From: an uncultured archaeon | GTDB taxonomy: Archaea > Asgardarchaeota > Lokiarchaeia > Sigyniarchaeales > Promethearchaeaceae | Assembly (NCBI GenBank): GCA_964426185.1 | Contig: CAYRPF010000006.1 | Span: 2,652-66,651, forward strand | Direction: 5' to 3' | DNA length: 64,000 nt | Shown here: positions 37,090 to 46,692 of the stretch, piece by piece | Layout of the letters: each line of letters begins with the position of its first letter | Numbering within the stretch: the first letter of the stretch is position 1 | The notes under the pieces: model-generated | The model's input: the letters and a program-made list of their open reading frames with translations, nothing else | What the model was told of the DNA's origin: nothing | Database searches by the model: none | Program-made: the position numbers and the translations under genes

Positions 37090-38076
37090 TTGTGGAAACC
37101 CGTGAATCAACCTTCAAAAACTAATGAAGAAGTTACTTCTTCCGAAAAAATCGAACAAGCAATTCAATTAGGAATGAAAGAATTAAAAGAAACATATAAA
37201 CATCCAAATACACCTCTAATTCAAGATCAGAGGGCAGAAATTTTAGCTCAATTGGGTGTTCTCTTATGGAAAAAAGATGATTTTAGGGAAGCACGAAAAT
37301 ATTTTCTTATGGCATTAACCGAGTACGAATCGCTTAAAGACCAATTCAAAATTGCAAATGTAAAGAGTAGTTTAGGTTCTCTGTTTATCCAAATGGGTGA
37401 ATATTCTTTGGCTCTTAGAAATAATTTAGAAGCATTGGAATATTGGAACACTAAAAATTTCCTAAATGAACGGATAGCGACTTTACAAAATGTGGGTATT
37501 TGTTATCTTCAAATGAAAGAAGATATAAAAGCTGCAGATTATCTCTTAAAAGCCTTACAGATGGCCGTTTATCTTGAAGATGAAAGCCAATTTGCAAATA
37601 CAATTCAAGTTTTATTAGAATATTATGAAAAACAACAAAGATATGACATGTTGCTAGAATTAAAACGCAAAGCTTTAGACTTTTGGACTACTTTAAACCT
37701 TCCATTACGACAATTTAAGACCCTTATTGATTTAGGTGTGATTTGTCAAATTTTAAACGAATTTAAGACTGCGTTGAATTACTTTAAACAAGCTTATAAT
37801 ATTGCCTATAATATGGCTGATTTAGAAAAAATGTATCTTGCAGAAGGATTTATCGGTGAATGTTATGTAAAACTCGGGGATATCTCCCAAGCGAGAAAAA
37901 TTTATCTTCAAACATTCAAATTGGCTGTCTACTTAAATGTATTTTCCGATCATCAAGAAGCAGTAGATTCTATGCGACTTTTACTCCTTACATTGGGTTT
38001 TTCTCGCAAAGAACTCGATCATGAAGAAAAAAAAGCATTGTTTGAAGCTCAAAAAGATCATCCCAAAAAAGTTTAA
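37090..38076 (+). CDS. TPR-repeat protein
   Basis: Successive 34-aa helical hairpins carry the TPR signature (e.g. LGVLLWKKDDFREARKYFLMAL, LGSLFIQMGEYSLALRNNLEAL, VGICYLQMKEDIKAADYLLKAL, IGECYVKLGDISQARKIYLQTF). The start codon is non-ATG and uncertain. Confidence 0.75.
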   Translation: MWKPVNQPSKTNEEVTSSEKIEQAIQLGMKELKETYKHPNTPLIQDQRAEILAQLGVLLWKKDDFREARKYFLMALTEYESLKDQFKIANVKSSLGSLFIQMGEYSLALRNNLEALEYWNTKNFLNERIATLQNVGICYLQMKEDIKAADYLLKALQMAVYLEDESQFANTIQVLLEYYEKQQRYDMLLELKRKALDFWTTLNLPLRQFKTLIDLGVICQILNEFKTALNYFKQAYNIAYNMADLEKMYLAEGFIGECYVKLGDISQARKIYLQTFKLAVYLNVFSDHQEAVDSMRLLLLTLGFSRKELDHEEKKALFEAQKDHPKKV

Positions 38077-38116
38077 ATGTGTTATCTCTCCATAATTCAA
38101 TAAAAAGGGGATTAAA

Positions 38117-39229
38117 ATGAAAAAAATCGCCGAATTGTGGGAACCCTATGGGGATCCTGATGAAAAAACAGTGAAATGTAATGTTTGTGCACACTATTGT
38201 TTAATTAAACCCAATAAGCGAGGTTTTTGCCAGACTCGGATAAATCTTGATGGAACTCTATATACACTTGATTACGGCGCACTAATTTCTCCTGGTAGTA
38301 ATGATCCTATTGAGAAAAAACCGTTGTATCACTTTTGGCCCGGAACTCGTGCATTTTCAATCGCAACTATAGGTTGTAATTTTAGATGTATGCAATGCCA
38401 AAACTGGGAAATATCTCAATCTTATCCTTCTGAAGACGGAAAGAAAGCTCTTTTTACTCAAAAAGATCAACGAGATTTTGGTGTAAGATCTTTTTTATTG
38501 ACGGAAATGACACCCGAAGAAGTAATTTCCCGTGTACAGAAGAGTAACTCGACAAGTATTGCCTATACTTATAATGAACCTACAATTTGGTTCGAATTTG
38601 TTAGAGATACCTCTCTTTTGGCGCATCAAGCCGGTATTCAAAATGTCTTGGTATCAAATGGCTATTCATCCCCCGAGGCTAATAGTTATTTTGTTAAATT
38701 TATTGATGCCGCAAATATTGATATAAAATCAATCAATGATTCCTTCTATAAGAAAATCGTGGGAGTTCCTTCAGTCAAATCGGTATTAGATACATGTATA
38801 TACTTTAAAAATCATGGTGTTCATCTTGAAATAACAAATCTTATCATTCCGAATGAGAATGATTCTCTTGCAGACATTCGCAATCTCATATCATGGGTGT
38901 TGGAAAACTTGGGTCCAAATGTACCATTGCATTTCTCAGCTTATACACCAAGATATCGAATGAATAATCCATCCACTTCCTCTAAAATATTAGACTTTGC
39001 TTGGACAGAAGCAAAAAAGGTAGGATTAAATTATGTTTATCTGGGAAATGTGCTTTCTGATAAAGGGAGTAATACTTATTGTCCAAATTGTGGTGAACTA
39101 ATCATAGAAAGGCGCGGATATTATACAAAAGCGCCAGGATTATCATCTCAAAATACATGTAAAAAATGTGGGGAAAAAATATCGATTGTGGGTGAATTTG
39201 CAAAATCACCTCACCATTCATTTTTCTGA
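38117..39229 (+). CDS. amrS: AmmeMemoRadiSam-system-type radical SAM enzyme (PflA-like activase fold) with a C-terminal zinc ribbon
   Basis: N-terminal CNVCAHYCLIKPNKRGFCQTR, IEKKPLYHF, and the canonical radical SAM triad GCNFRCMQCQNWEIS. The C-terminus has CPNCG...CKKCG. Confidence 0.8.
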   Translation: MKKIAELWEPYGDPDEKTVKCNVCAHYCLIKPNKRGFCQTRINLDGTLYTLDYGALISPGSNDPIEKKPLYHFWPGTRAFSIATIGCNFRCMQCQNWEISQSYPSEDGKKALFTQKDQRDFGVRSFLLTEMTPEEVISRVQKSNSTSIAYTYNEPTIWFEFVRDTSLLAHQAGIQNVLVSNGYSSPEANSYFVKFIDAANIDIKSINDSFYKKIVGVPSVKSVLDTCIYFKNHGVHLEITNLIIPNENDSLADIRNLISWVLENLGPNVPLHFSAYTPRYRMNNPSTSSKILDFAWTEAKKVGLNYVYLGNVLSDKGSNTYCPNCGELIIERRGYYTKAPGLSSQNTCKKCGEKISIVGEFAKSPHHSFF

Positions 39230-39339
39230 ATTCCCTCGACAAATTGCTTATTTCAATAATACGTTCTATAATGTTTTTATTTTTTTTATGCTTGACCTTT
39301 TTGATATAGATTCGAAAATCTTATAGGTAGAATTTAGGA

Positions 39340-42054
39340 ATGACACCACACACGTTGCGGAAATGCGCGAAAATTGGTTTACTGGGGATTCTTATGGTGT
39401 TTCTTCTCCTTCCCTTAATAATTCAAGGAGGATCTCCCACTCCCACAACCGATAATATGATAAGTTCAGATTCTGGTTTTGAATCAACAACTATTATGGA
39501 CCAAAGTAGTTCAGATTATACTACTTTGCCATACTTGCGAAATTCAACACCCTATTTAACATGGGTTGACTCGTTGGTCAATAATGCCACCCTTCCCGAT
39601 AATCCTTCCGAACCCGAATTACCCTTATATTTTGCTCAATCAGATAGATCGGGTGAAACAATTACAGATAATAAACATTACTTTGAAGACGCTGTAATTT
39701 TTTTAAATGGGTTAGCAAGCATGCTTGATTATTCCAATGAAGAAATCTTGGCTTATTTCAATCAATTAAAAGATTATAAATTTTGGGATAGTGAAAGCGG
39801 AGAGCAGGGCTTTTATTCTTACATAGATTCTCAGTCTTTTGAGAATTCATCTGTAAAGGCATTGAAGGGAAATGCTCAATATATTCTATCCCTCAACAAA
39901 TTATTAGAAAATACTGCGACTAATTCTGAAGCGACAAATTTAATTCAAGCCCAGTGGACCGTACTCAACGACATATTTTATGATTCTAAGCATTATCTCT
40001 ACAATCACACTGATTCTGATGGTCAAAAATACATGGAAGATCAATTTTTGGCAGCATTATCTGGGTATTTAATTAATAAATATAATTTACCAAATGCTGC
40101 TTCTGCAAAAACAAGAGCTGATGATGTAATGAAACTATTGATCGATGAGCATGATTCTGGAAATTACTTCATTTTCAAAAATAATGCCTTCGATTACAAG
40201 CGTAACTTTGATTTAAGCGCCTCTTCTTCAGTAATGGATTTAAAAACTAATGCTTATGGGATTTTAGCTTTGCTAGAATGGTTTCTTGCCGATGAATTGG
40301 TTGAGAATAGCAATTATTTGAGAGTAGAGAAAGCAGAAGCTATTTTCAACAATTTCTATCATCACCTTTGGAGTAATTCATATTCTCTTTTTATGAATAC
40401 AATGTGGAAACCGGGAGCCAATATAGTAGTGCTTGATGATACAATCGATGTGGTTGCAAATTCAATTATGTTACTTGCAGTAGAGCGATTATATCAAATT
40501 ACTGGGAATTTTTCATACTTTGAAATTGCTATGAAAATGTTCAACGGTTTAGAAAAGAACATGCGCGATTCGGCTTATGGAACTTATTATACATCAGTAA
40601 ATGCTACTTCTGGGCAATATAATGATATAAAATCCTTAAAAACTCATGCAAATATAATCAATGCTTACAATGAACTAAATGATTTTGGTCAACAATCTTC
40701 ATTAACCTTAGATTTAAATCAAACCGAGTTTATCAAGGGTGAGGCTAATCCATTAAATGTATCTGCTGAATATTTCTTGGATTTTACTTTATCTTCTGGT
40801 GATTTCACAAAACAAAAAATCTATGATATATTTAATGCAACCTTTTCATTTGTATTTCGTGCTCCAAATGGAACAATAATTGAATCCCAAGAAATCTCCG
40901 GAAATAATTCTGGTAAATGCTTTGTTCTTTTCAATTTCGAAGATAATATGGAATTTGGTGAATATCATGTCTCTCTTCGAGTGAATTATACTGGAATTTC
41001 GACTCAGTTTGCGTCTAGTGTCTTCAACTTGCAACCTGGCATTGAAATCGTTAATTTAACTTTACAATCTTCAAAAATTCGATGTGGTGAGAATTTTAAT
41101 GTTTCATTCCAAATCGATTCAGAAAAAATTACCAATATAACGGCTGATATTCAAATTGAAGGCGATTGGATCAATAACCAAACGATTTTCAATCAATTAA
41201 TTCAAGCTGAGACTTTAAATAATTATAGTTTCACAGTTATTGTTGATCAAGTTGCTGAATTTGGTAATTCAAATATAATTATCAAAATTCTCAATAATTC
41301 TCTGGAGTACGCAGAATCCTCAATTGAATATATGATCTATAGTTCGATTGAAATCATTTCCGTTCAACAGGTTGCCACCGTATTTCGTGCACGAAATTTT
41401 ACAACTATTGTATCAGTTGAAAATAAAATGGGGTTTGCGGAATCCATAATAATGGAATTATCAGGAGACAATATATCACCGATAAATTTGAGCCTTAATT
41501 TAGCCGCTTATCAAATAGAAACTGTTGAACTAACCTCTTTTGTTCAATTAGATACCTCTCTTGGGGATTTATCCTATGATTTCCAAATTTCTCGAAAATC
41601 CGATAATTCAGAGATTAAAACATATTCGCTTTCATCGAAAGTTAAAAACCCATTGGAATTTCTCTACATTACTCCCCCAGAGAAAGCATACCAGTGGCGT
41701 CAGAATAGCATTATATGTTCAATTCAAAATAACATGGATGACCCCCAAGGAATTCAAGTATATCTTAATGATCAATTAGTTTCCTCACTCTCTTCAGTAG
41801 CACCTGGGGAAAATATTCTCAGTATTCCAATTTCTAAAACCTTGCGAAATCCTTATGAACTTGGAATCAAATCGTTTAGAATTGAAATTTATGATAGTAA
41901 TGGTTTGCTACTTTACCAAGATACCATTACTACTCAAGTTGAGCCTTCATTGGGGAGTATCTTACTCGGATATGTTCTACCATTAGCAATTCCTATTATC
42001 GGAATTGTCATTGTAAAGCATATGGCTTTAGAAAATAAAAAAAGATTAATGTAA
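39340..42054 (+). CDS. Large type-I surface protein: signal peptide, helical-repeat (alpha/alpha-barrel-like) ectodomain, Ig-like repeats, C-terminal TM anchor
   Basis: N-terminal hydrophobic signal (IGLLGILMVFLLLPLIIQG); C-terminal TM (ILLGYVLPLAIPIIGIVIV) plus a basic tail. Many N-x-S/T sequons. Recurrent helical hairpin motifs lie in aa about 110-450, followed by a beta-rich part. Confidence 0.7.
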   Translation: MTPHTLRKCAKIGLLGILMVFLLLPLIIQGGSPTPTTDNMISSDSGFESTTIMDQSSSDYTTLPYLRNSTPYLTWVDSLVNNATLPDNPSEPELPLYFAQSDRSGETITDNKHYFEDAVIFLNGLASMLDYSNEEILAYFNQLKDYKFWDSESGEQGFYSYIDSQSFENSSVKALKGNAQYILSLNKLLENTATNSEATNLIQAQWTVLNDIFYDSKHYLYNHTDSDGQKYMEDQFLAALSGYLINKYNLPNAASAKTRADDVMKLLIDEHDSGNYFIFKNNAFDYKRNFDLSASSSVMDLKTNAYGILALLEWFLADELVENSNYLRVEKAEAIFNNFYHHLWSNSYSLFMNTMWKPGANIVVLDDTIDVVANSIMLLAVERLYQITGNFSYFEIAMKMFNGLEKNMRDSAYGTYYTSVNATSGQYNDIKSLKTHANIINAYNELNDFGQQSSLTLDLNQTEFIKGEANPLNVSAEYFLDFTLSSGDFTKQKIYDIFNATFSFVFRAPNGTIIESQEISGNNSGKCFVLFNFEDNMEFGEYHVSLRVNYTGISTQFASSVFNLQPGIEIVNLTLQSSKIRCGENFNVSFQIDSEKITNITADIQIEGDWINNQTIFNQLIQAETLNNYSFTVIVDQVAEFGNSNIIIKILNNSLEYAESSIEYMIYSSIEIISVQQVATVFRARNFTTIVSVENKMGFAESIIMELSGDNISPINLSLNLAAYQIETVELTSFVQLDTSLGDLSYDFQISRKSDNSEIKTYSLSSKVKNPLEFLYITPPEKAYQWRQNSIICSIQNNMDDPQGIQVYLNDQLVSSLSSVAPGENILSIPISKTLRNPYELGIKSFRIEIYDSNGLLLYQDTITTQVEPSLGSILLGYVLPLAIPIIGIVIVKHMALENKKRLM

Positions 42055-42072
42055 ACTTAACTATATAAAAAC

Positions 42073-43815
42073 GTGAAAAAAATGAATAGACAACAAAAAT
42101 TATTGACATTATTTGTAAGCTTGGCAATTTGTGGGATAATTTTTCCAACATTAATTGGTGGTCATTCCTTTAATCCAAGTTATTCTCCATTAGCAGCAGC
42201 TGACGATGACATTTTCATAACTTCAGACGATGTTACTATTGATCGGACTACTATAAAACGTGTTCTTCAATCGGTAAATATAACCTATAATAATTCTGGA
42301 CCTCAATTGGATTCATCTGGATTTCAAGCCAACTTAACCTTTGTAGATGATTCTAGTCTTCTTTTATCCATGACAAACACCAGTAGTGCTCCTGATATTT
42401 GGTCTCTTGAATTTACACCCGATGCAGTAAATATAACTGGTGTTGTTCAAGTTTTTATCTTACCTACTGATGTAATTGGTGGTTTTACAAATGAAGTTCC
42501 TGATGCATCTTTCACAATTGAAAACAACTTACCTCATGTTTCAGTGCAAATGAATAAGAATGAATACTATCGAAATGAAACTATTTCTCTCAATTTTTAT
42601 CCATCTGATATTGAACAAGCCGTTGAAGAACTAAATTGGACCATTAGTTTATACCGTTCAGGATCTGGTTCTCCGATTGAAGTTTTTGTGGAAAATGCTT
42701 CGATATTTGAATATTCATATGTGATTTCAAATGATACTCAGTTAGGAACCTATTATATTAATGCCACTAGCTGGGATGCAGATGAACGTAACATTGATTT
42801 ATACTATTTTGAAATTTTGAATAATATTCCTGTTATCGATGCTATTCAATTAGAAATCGACGAAAGTTTATATGATGATGTAGAATCAACAGCAATCTCT
42901 GTTCTTCGAGGAGAAAATTTCATCTTACGCCTTAATGCAACAGATATAGATGGTAATTTCGAAAATTTCCGATTAACTATTACTGCAAATGATCCTTTAT
43001 CTGGGGACGCTATTTTCTTTGGAGATTATAATGATATTTTACCGAATCTAACAGGAAATTCTTGGTTATTTGAAAAAGATATTGTATTTCCTATTACCAT
43101 AAATATTGGAATCACAGAGATGAATGTTGAATTACGTGAATATGCTTCCGATAATGAAACATTATTGGATAAAACCAACCAAATTATAACATTTCAGCTC
43201 CAAAACAATGCTCCTGAAGTGAACCATGTATTCATAAATGGAATTTATGCAGAACCTTTATCATTTACTGCTAGTGAGGTTTTAAATTTCACCTTTGATG
43301 TTGTAGATTCTGAAGATGAAAGTTTAATTGCTAAAAATCGTGAGAATCATAAAGAGATTTACGCCTATATTACTCTTATTTTCACTCATGATGCTTCAGG
43401 AATTCAAAAAGAATATACCATGCCATATCAATATGAAGAAAATGCTCTTTTCCAGTTAAATACTTTCGAATTAGAAGCGGGAACGTGGTCAGTTCAAGTT
43501 ATTCTTCAAGATACTGATGGATTAACCTCCGAGATTTCTGATCCTATTCTATTTGAAATAGAATCAGCAAAAAGCGTCAATCCGATGATGTGGTTGATGT
43601 TCGCTATTGGAATTATTCTGGGTGGTGTGGTTATCTTTGCGGCAACCTATGCTACCTTGAAAATTAGAGTTATGCAGCAATCACGAATCTCCAGTAGTAA
43701 TGAAGCGGAACTTCCTGAAGTAAGTGAAGAGAATGTTTCTCCAGCTGATAAAAACACAAAAGCCAAATCAAAGCCCGATACTAAAAAGGATAAGAAATTG
43801 GTTCGGAAGCTCTAA
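42073..43815 (+). CDS. Type-I surface protein with Ig/cadherin-like beta repeats and a C-terminal TM anchor
   Basis: Signal-like N-terminus (LLTLFVSLAICGIIFPTLIGG); repeated beta-rich modules with N-x-S/T sequons; C-terminal TM (MMWLMFAIGIILGGVVIFAATYA) and a Lys-rich cytoplasmic tail. Confidence 0.7.
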   Translation: MKKMNRQQKLLTLFVSLAICGIIFPTLIGGHSFNPSYSPLAAADDDIFITSDDVTIDRTTIKRVLQSVNITYNNSGPQLDSSGFQANLTFVDDSSLLLSMTNTSSAPDIWSLEFTPDAVNITGVVQVFILPTDVIGGFTNEVPDASFTIENNLPHVSVQMNKNEYYRNETISLNFYPSDIEQAVEELNWTISLYRSGSGSPIEVFVENASIFEYSYVISNDTQLGTYYINATSWDADERNIDLYYFEILNNIPVIDAIQLEIDESLYDDVESTAISVLRGENFILRLNATDIDGNFENFRLTITANDPLSGDAIFFGDYNDILPNLTGNSWLFEKDIVFPITINIGITEMNVELREYASDNETLLDKTNQIITFQLQNNAPEVNHVFINGIYAEPLSFTASEVLNFTFDVVDSEDESLIAKNRENHKEIYAYITLIFTHDASGIQKEYTMPYQYEENALFQLNTFELEAGTWSVQVILQDTDGLTSEISDPILFEIESAKSVNPMMWLMFAIGIILGGVVIFAATYATLKIRVMQQSRISSSNEAELPEVSEENVSPADKNTKAKSKPDTKKDKKLVRKL

Positions 43816-43879
43816 GATTTTTTTAATTTTTAGGTAAGATTTTTCTTTCTTTTTCAATGTTCTTTCTTCTTCTCCTAAA

Positions 43880-43984
43880 TTCTCATTTCATCATTTTCTA
43901 ATGATATTGTGTGGTTTGTAATACTACATTGCATCAAAGTGGTGATAAATAGCACAATATTACAGTGAAATGATGAAATGAGAA
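43880..43984. repeat. Long imperfect inverted repeat (17 bp + 8 bp stems) between convergent genes; candidate bidirectional terminator or small structured RNA
   Basis: ttctcatttcatcattt (43880-43896) pairs perfectly with aaatgatgaaatgagaa (43968-43984). Inner atattgtg (43904-43911) pairs with cacaatat (43953-43960). There are 7x7-nt internal loops and a 41-nt apical region. Confidence 0.8.
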
Positions 43985-44023
43985 AAATTACGGGATGCAT
44001 TCAGAAAAATGCAATTTTGGGTG

Positions 44024-44230
44024 TTAAATTAAATATCTGAATATATACTTGATGATTTTCTGACCGTTGGAAAAATATTCATCTGTATGTTCTTTAGCTA
44101 TTTTTGGAATTATTTGTTCCCAAGTATAATCCAACACATCCGAAACACTATGAATTTGCCGTGATAATTGGGAAATTTCATTTACTAATCTTTCTGGGGC
44201 AATTTTTGCTCTTTTTGCTAATTCGGTCAT
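44024..44230 (-). CDS. Small hypothetical protein at the 3' end of the acyltransferase/activase operon
   Basis: 68-aa ORF, same strand, 30 nt downstream of the activase gene. No motif recognised. Confidence 0.3.
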   Translation of the reverse strand: MTELAKRAKIAPERLVNEISQLSRQIHSVSDVLDYTWEQIIPKIAKEHTDEYFSNGQKIIKYIFRYLI

Positions 44231-44260
44231 TAATAATCACTCTTTAACAAATTGTGTAAA

Positions 44261-45388
44261 TTAATATACCGCCCATTTACCGCATCGATCTCCCCAACGA
44301 GCAACCAATTCTTTCTTCTTCTTTCCGTCTTTTTCATCTGTGTTGTGCATATAAACGGATACAACTTCACATCGATTAGGACAACCTTGACATTGAAAAG
44401 TTTTAGTTTCAAAATCGAAATGTAATAAACCAAATCCACGAAATTGTGTTTTCCAACTACCAGTCATTTTACGCGTGCGTTCTGCTTCTTCTTTCACTAA
44501 TAATGCTGCACCATATGCTCCCATCATAATGTTTAATCCATCTTTGGGAACAATAACTTTCTTATGAAGTTCTTCTTCGAATGCTTTAATTAAACCTTCA
44601 TTAAATGCCACACCACCTTGAAATAATATTGGTTCCTCAATTTCCTTTCCTTTACCAACATTATTAAGGTAATTTCGAACCAAAGCATCGCATAATCCCC
44701 GAATGATGCTTTCTTTTGTATATCCCATTTGAGCTTTGTGAATCATGTCTGATTCAGCAAAAACTCCGCATCGTCCTGCAATAGTGACATTTTCTTTAGC
44801 ACGTAGAGCATAATCACCGAATTTTTCTATAGGAATTCCTAATCTGGTAGCTTGATGATCTAAAAAACTCCCAGTTCCAGCAGCACAAACAGAATTCATA
44901 GCAAAATCTGCAACAATTCCATCTCGGAGAATAATAATTTTTGAATCTTGCCCTCCAATCTCTAAAATGGTACGAACTTCAGGATAATAATGACTGGCGG
45001 CTACAGCATGGGCAATAATTTCAGTTTTTGCAATATCTCCACCTACTACACTTTTTATCAGATAGCGCGCCGAACCGGTGGTACCCACTCCAATAATGCG
45101 AATTTTTTCTAATATCCCACGTTCTTCTAGTTTTTTTTTTAATTGAGTCAACCCTTTTTTGGAAGATTCGATTGGACTACCTTGATTTCGTAACCAGAGG
45201 CGTTCTACGATATTTTCTTGTTCATCTAATAAGAGTATTTTGATAGATACCGATCCAATATCGATCCCCATATATACATTTCGGATCTTTTGAAATTTCC
45301 CTTGTTTATTGATTTGTATTTTGGATACTTCTGAATCAATTTGGACAGTAGTCGCAAGGTTAGTTTTTTCTAGCTCTGGTTTTTCCAT
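44261..45388 (-). CDS. BadF/BadG/BcrA/BcrD-type ATPase: activase of BCR/HAD-family radical enzymes (HgdC-like)
   Basis: ASKHA-fold motifs GIDIGSVSIKILLLD, EIGGQDSKIIIL, CAAGTGSFLD, FQGGVAFN. There is an extra C-terminal Cys cluster CQGCPNRCEV...C. The start overlaps the upstream stop (TAATG at 45386-45390). Confidence 0.88.
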   Translation of the reverse strand: MEKPELEKTNLATTVQIDSEVSKIQINKQGKFQKIRNVYMGIDIGSVSIKILLLDEQENIVERLWLRNQGSPIESSKKGLTQLKKKLEERGILEKIRIIGVGTTGSARYLIKSVVGGDIAKTEIIAHAVAASHYYPEVRTILEIGGQDSKIIILRDGIVADFAMNSVCAAGTGSFLDHQATRLGIPIEKFGDYALRAKENVTIAGRCGVFAESDMIHKAQMGYTKESIIRGLCDALVRNYLNNVGKGKEIEEPILFQGGVAFNEGLIKAFEEELHKKVIVPKDGLNIMMGAYGAALLVKEEAERTRKMTGSWKTQFRGFGLLHFDFETKTFQCQGCPNRCEVVSVYMHNTDEKDGKKKKELVARWGDRCGKWAVY

Positions 45389-46677
45389 TAATTATCACTA
45401 TCTTCCTTACTATTTTTTTCTGTGGCTTTCGTATTAAAAATCTCCGATAATAAAATATTGAAGTTATTGGCAATTGGGGTGAGTAATTCATCAAATAATG
45501 GATTTTTTTTAGCTTTTGAGAGGTGTTGATCATAAATTTTTCCAATTTCATGAGGTTCTTGGTATTTCCCTTTGAAGCGTGGATTTTCTTGGCGATTGGA
45601 TTTCATTAAATCGATAAAACTTTCTAAACGTGTGCGCATCCCTTCGTATCCTGTATGTTCATCAATGCTATAGAACTGAATTGGTAAATAAAATGGATCA
45701 GGACTTTGCCCTTCTAGAATCCCACGCGCAGTGTTTTCAGGCATGCAAGTAAAAGGATATAAATGAATAAAACCATCAAATCCCAGTTGCTGGGCTTCAA
45801 TATAATGTCCTACTACCCACATGGCTTCTCCTCCAATATCTAAAGGAATGTAAGGTTTTGAAAAACGTTCTAACTTTTTTCGTTCTAAATTAATGTGCAA
45901 CTTATGAAGAATCCAGTCATATAAGCTATTTGCTAAATGGACTTCAATCCCTTCTTCTCCAAATTTCCGAACAATATCCATATTTACGAAAGGTTCCATG
46001 ACTATATGATTTTCTCCCGTTACTACAATCCGTAAAGGTTCAATATCCCTTTTAATTGGAATTTTTCGGAATTCTTCTTGGATAATTTGGCTGAAATTAT
46101 GAAGTTTATATAAATCCCACTCCTCATCCAGTCGATCCATTAATATTTTCACAGTTTGGGTTGTATTTCCTTTATGAATTTCTCTACATCGTACTAAGCC
46201 CTCTAAACGAGTTATATCTGCAATATGGCTCATTTTTGATAGGGCTAAGCGGGTACAGTTGATTATGTCAAAATATTTCATGAGTGGATCTGTTATGTTT
46301 GTCAATTGAAGCAGAGTTTTCGTCCATTTGAAATTAAGCAGGTTATCTTGTTGTATAGGAATGATTTCTACATCGTATCCTAAATCTTTTAAGATTTTTT
46401 CTTGAATTGGGGCATAAAATCCAAGCCGACACGGACCACAATCGATTGACATCACAAAAGTATGAATATCGTGATTTTTAATCATGTTAATGAATTCACC
46501 TAATGTCACCTTGAAAGGAAAGCAGACGAATTCCGGTGAAACTTTGGCTCCCATTTTTATTACGTCACGGGTTACAGGTGGTGGTGGAAACACTGTCACT
46601 CCTGGTAATTTCTCAAATAGTGCTCGAAATGCAATTCGACTCCAGCCCATAGAAGGAAAACTTATTAATTTGCCCAT
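45388..46677 (-). CDS. DUF2229 / HgdB-like subunit (CoA-enzyme-activase-associated domain), paralog 2
   Basis: FPPPPVTRDVIKMGAKVSPEFVCFPFKVTLGEF and DCGPCRLGFYAPIQE match the pattern I associate with the uncharacterised domain fused to CoA-substrate-specific enzyme activases. Confidence 0.7.
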   Translation of the reverse strand: MGKLISFPSMGWSRIAFRALFEKLPGVTVFPPPPVTRDVIKMGAKVSPEFVCFPFKVTLGEFINMIKNHDIHTFVMSIDCGPCRLGFYAPIQEKILKDLGYDVEIIPIQQDNLLNFKWTKTLLQLTNITDPLMKYFDIINCTRLALSKMSHIADITRLEGLVRCREIHKGNTTQTVKILMDRLDEEWDLYKLHNFSQIIQEEFRKIPIKRDIEPLRIVVTGENHIVMEPFVNMDIVRKFGEEGIEVHLANSLYDWILHKLHINLERKKLERFSKPYIPLDIGGEAMWVVGHYIEAQQLGFDGFIHLYPFTCMPENTARGILEGQSPDPFYLPIQFYSIDEHTGYEGMRTRLESFIDLMKSNRQENPRFKGKYQEPHEIGKIYDQHLSKAKKNPLFDELLTPIANNFNILLSEIFNTKATEKNSKEDSDN

Positions 46678-46692
46678 TAGAATTTCTCCGTT

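Noticed and set aside
44230-45551. Track ORFs 44230-44439 and 45360-45551 on the minus strand
   Set aside because: They are out-of-frame overlaps of the activase gene and the DUF2229-like gene junction. They have no independent coding signal.
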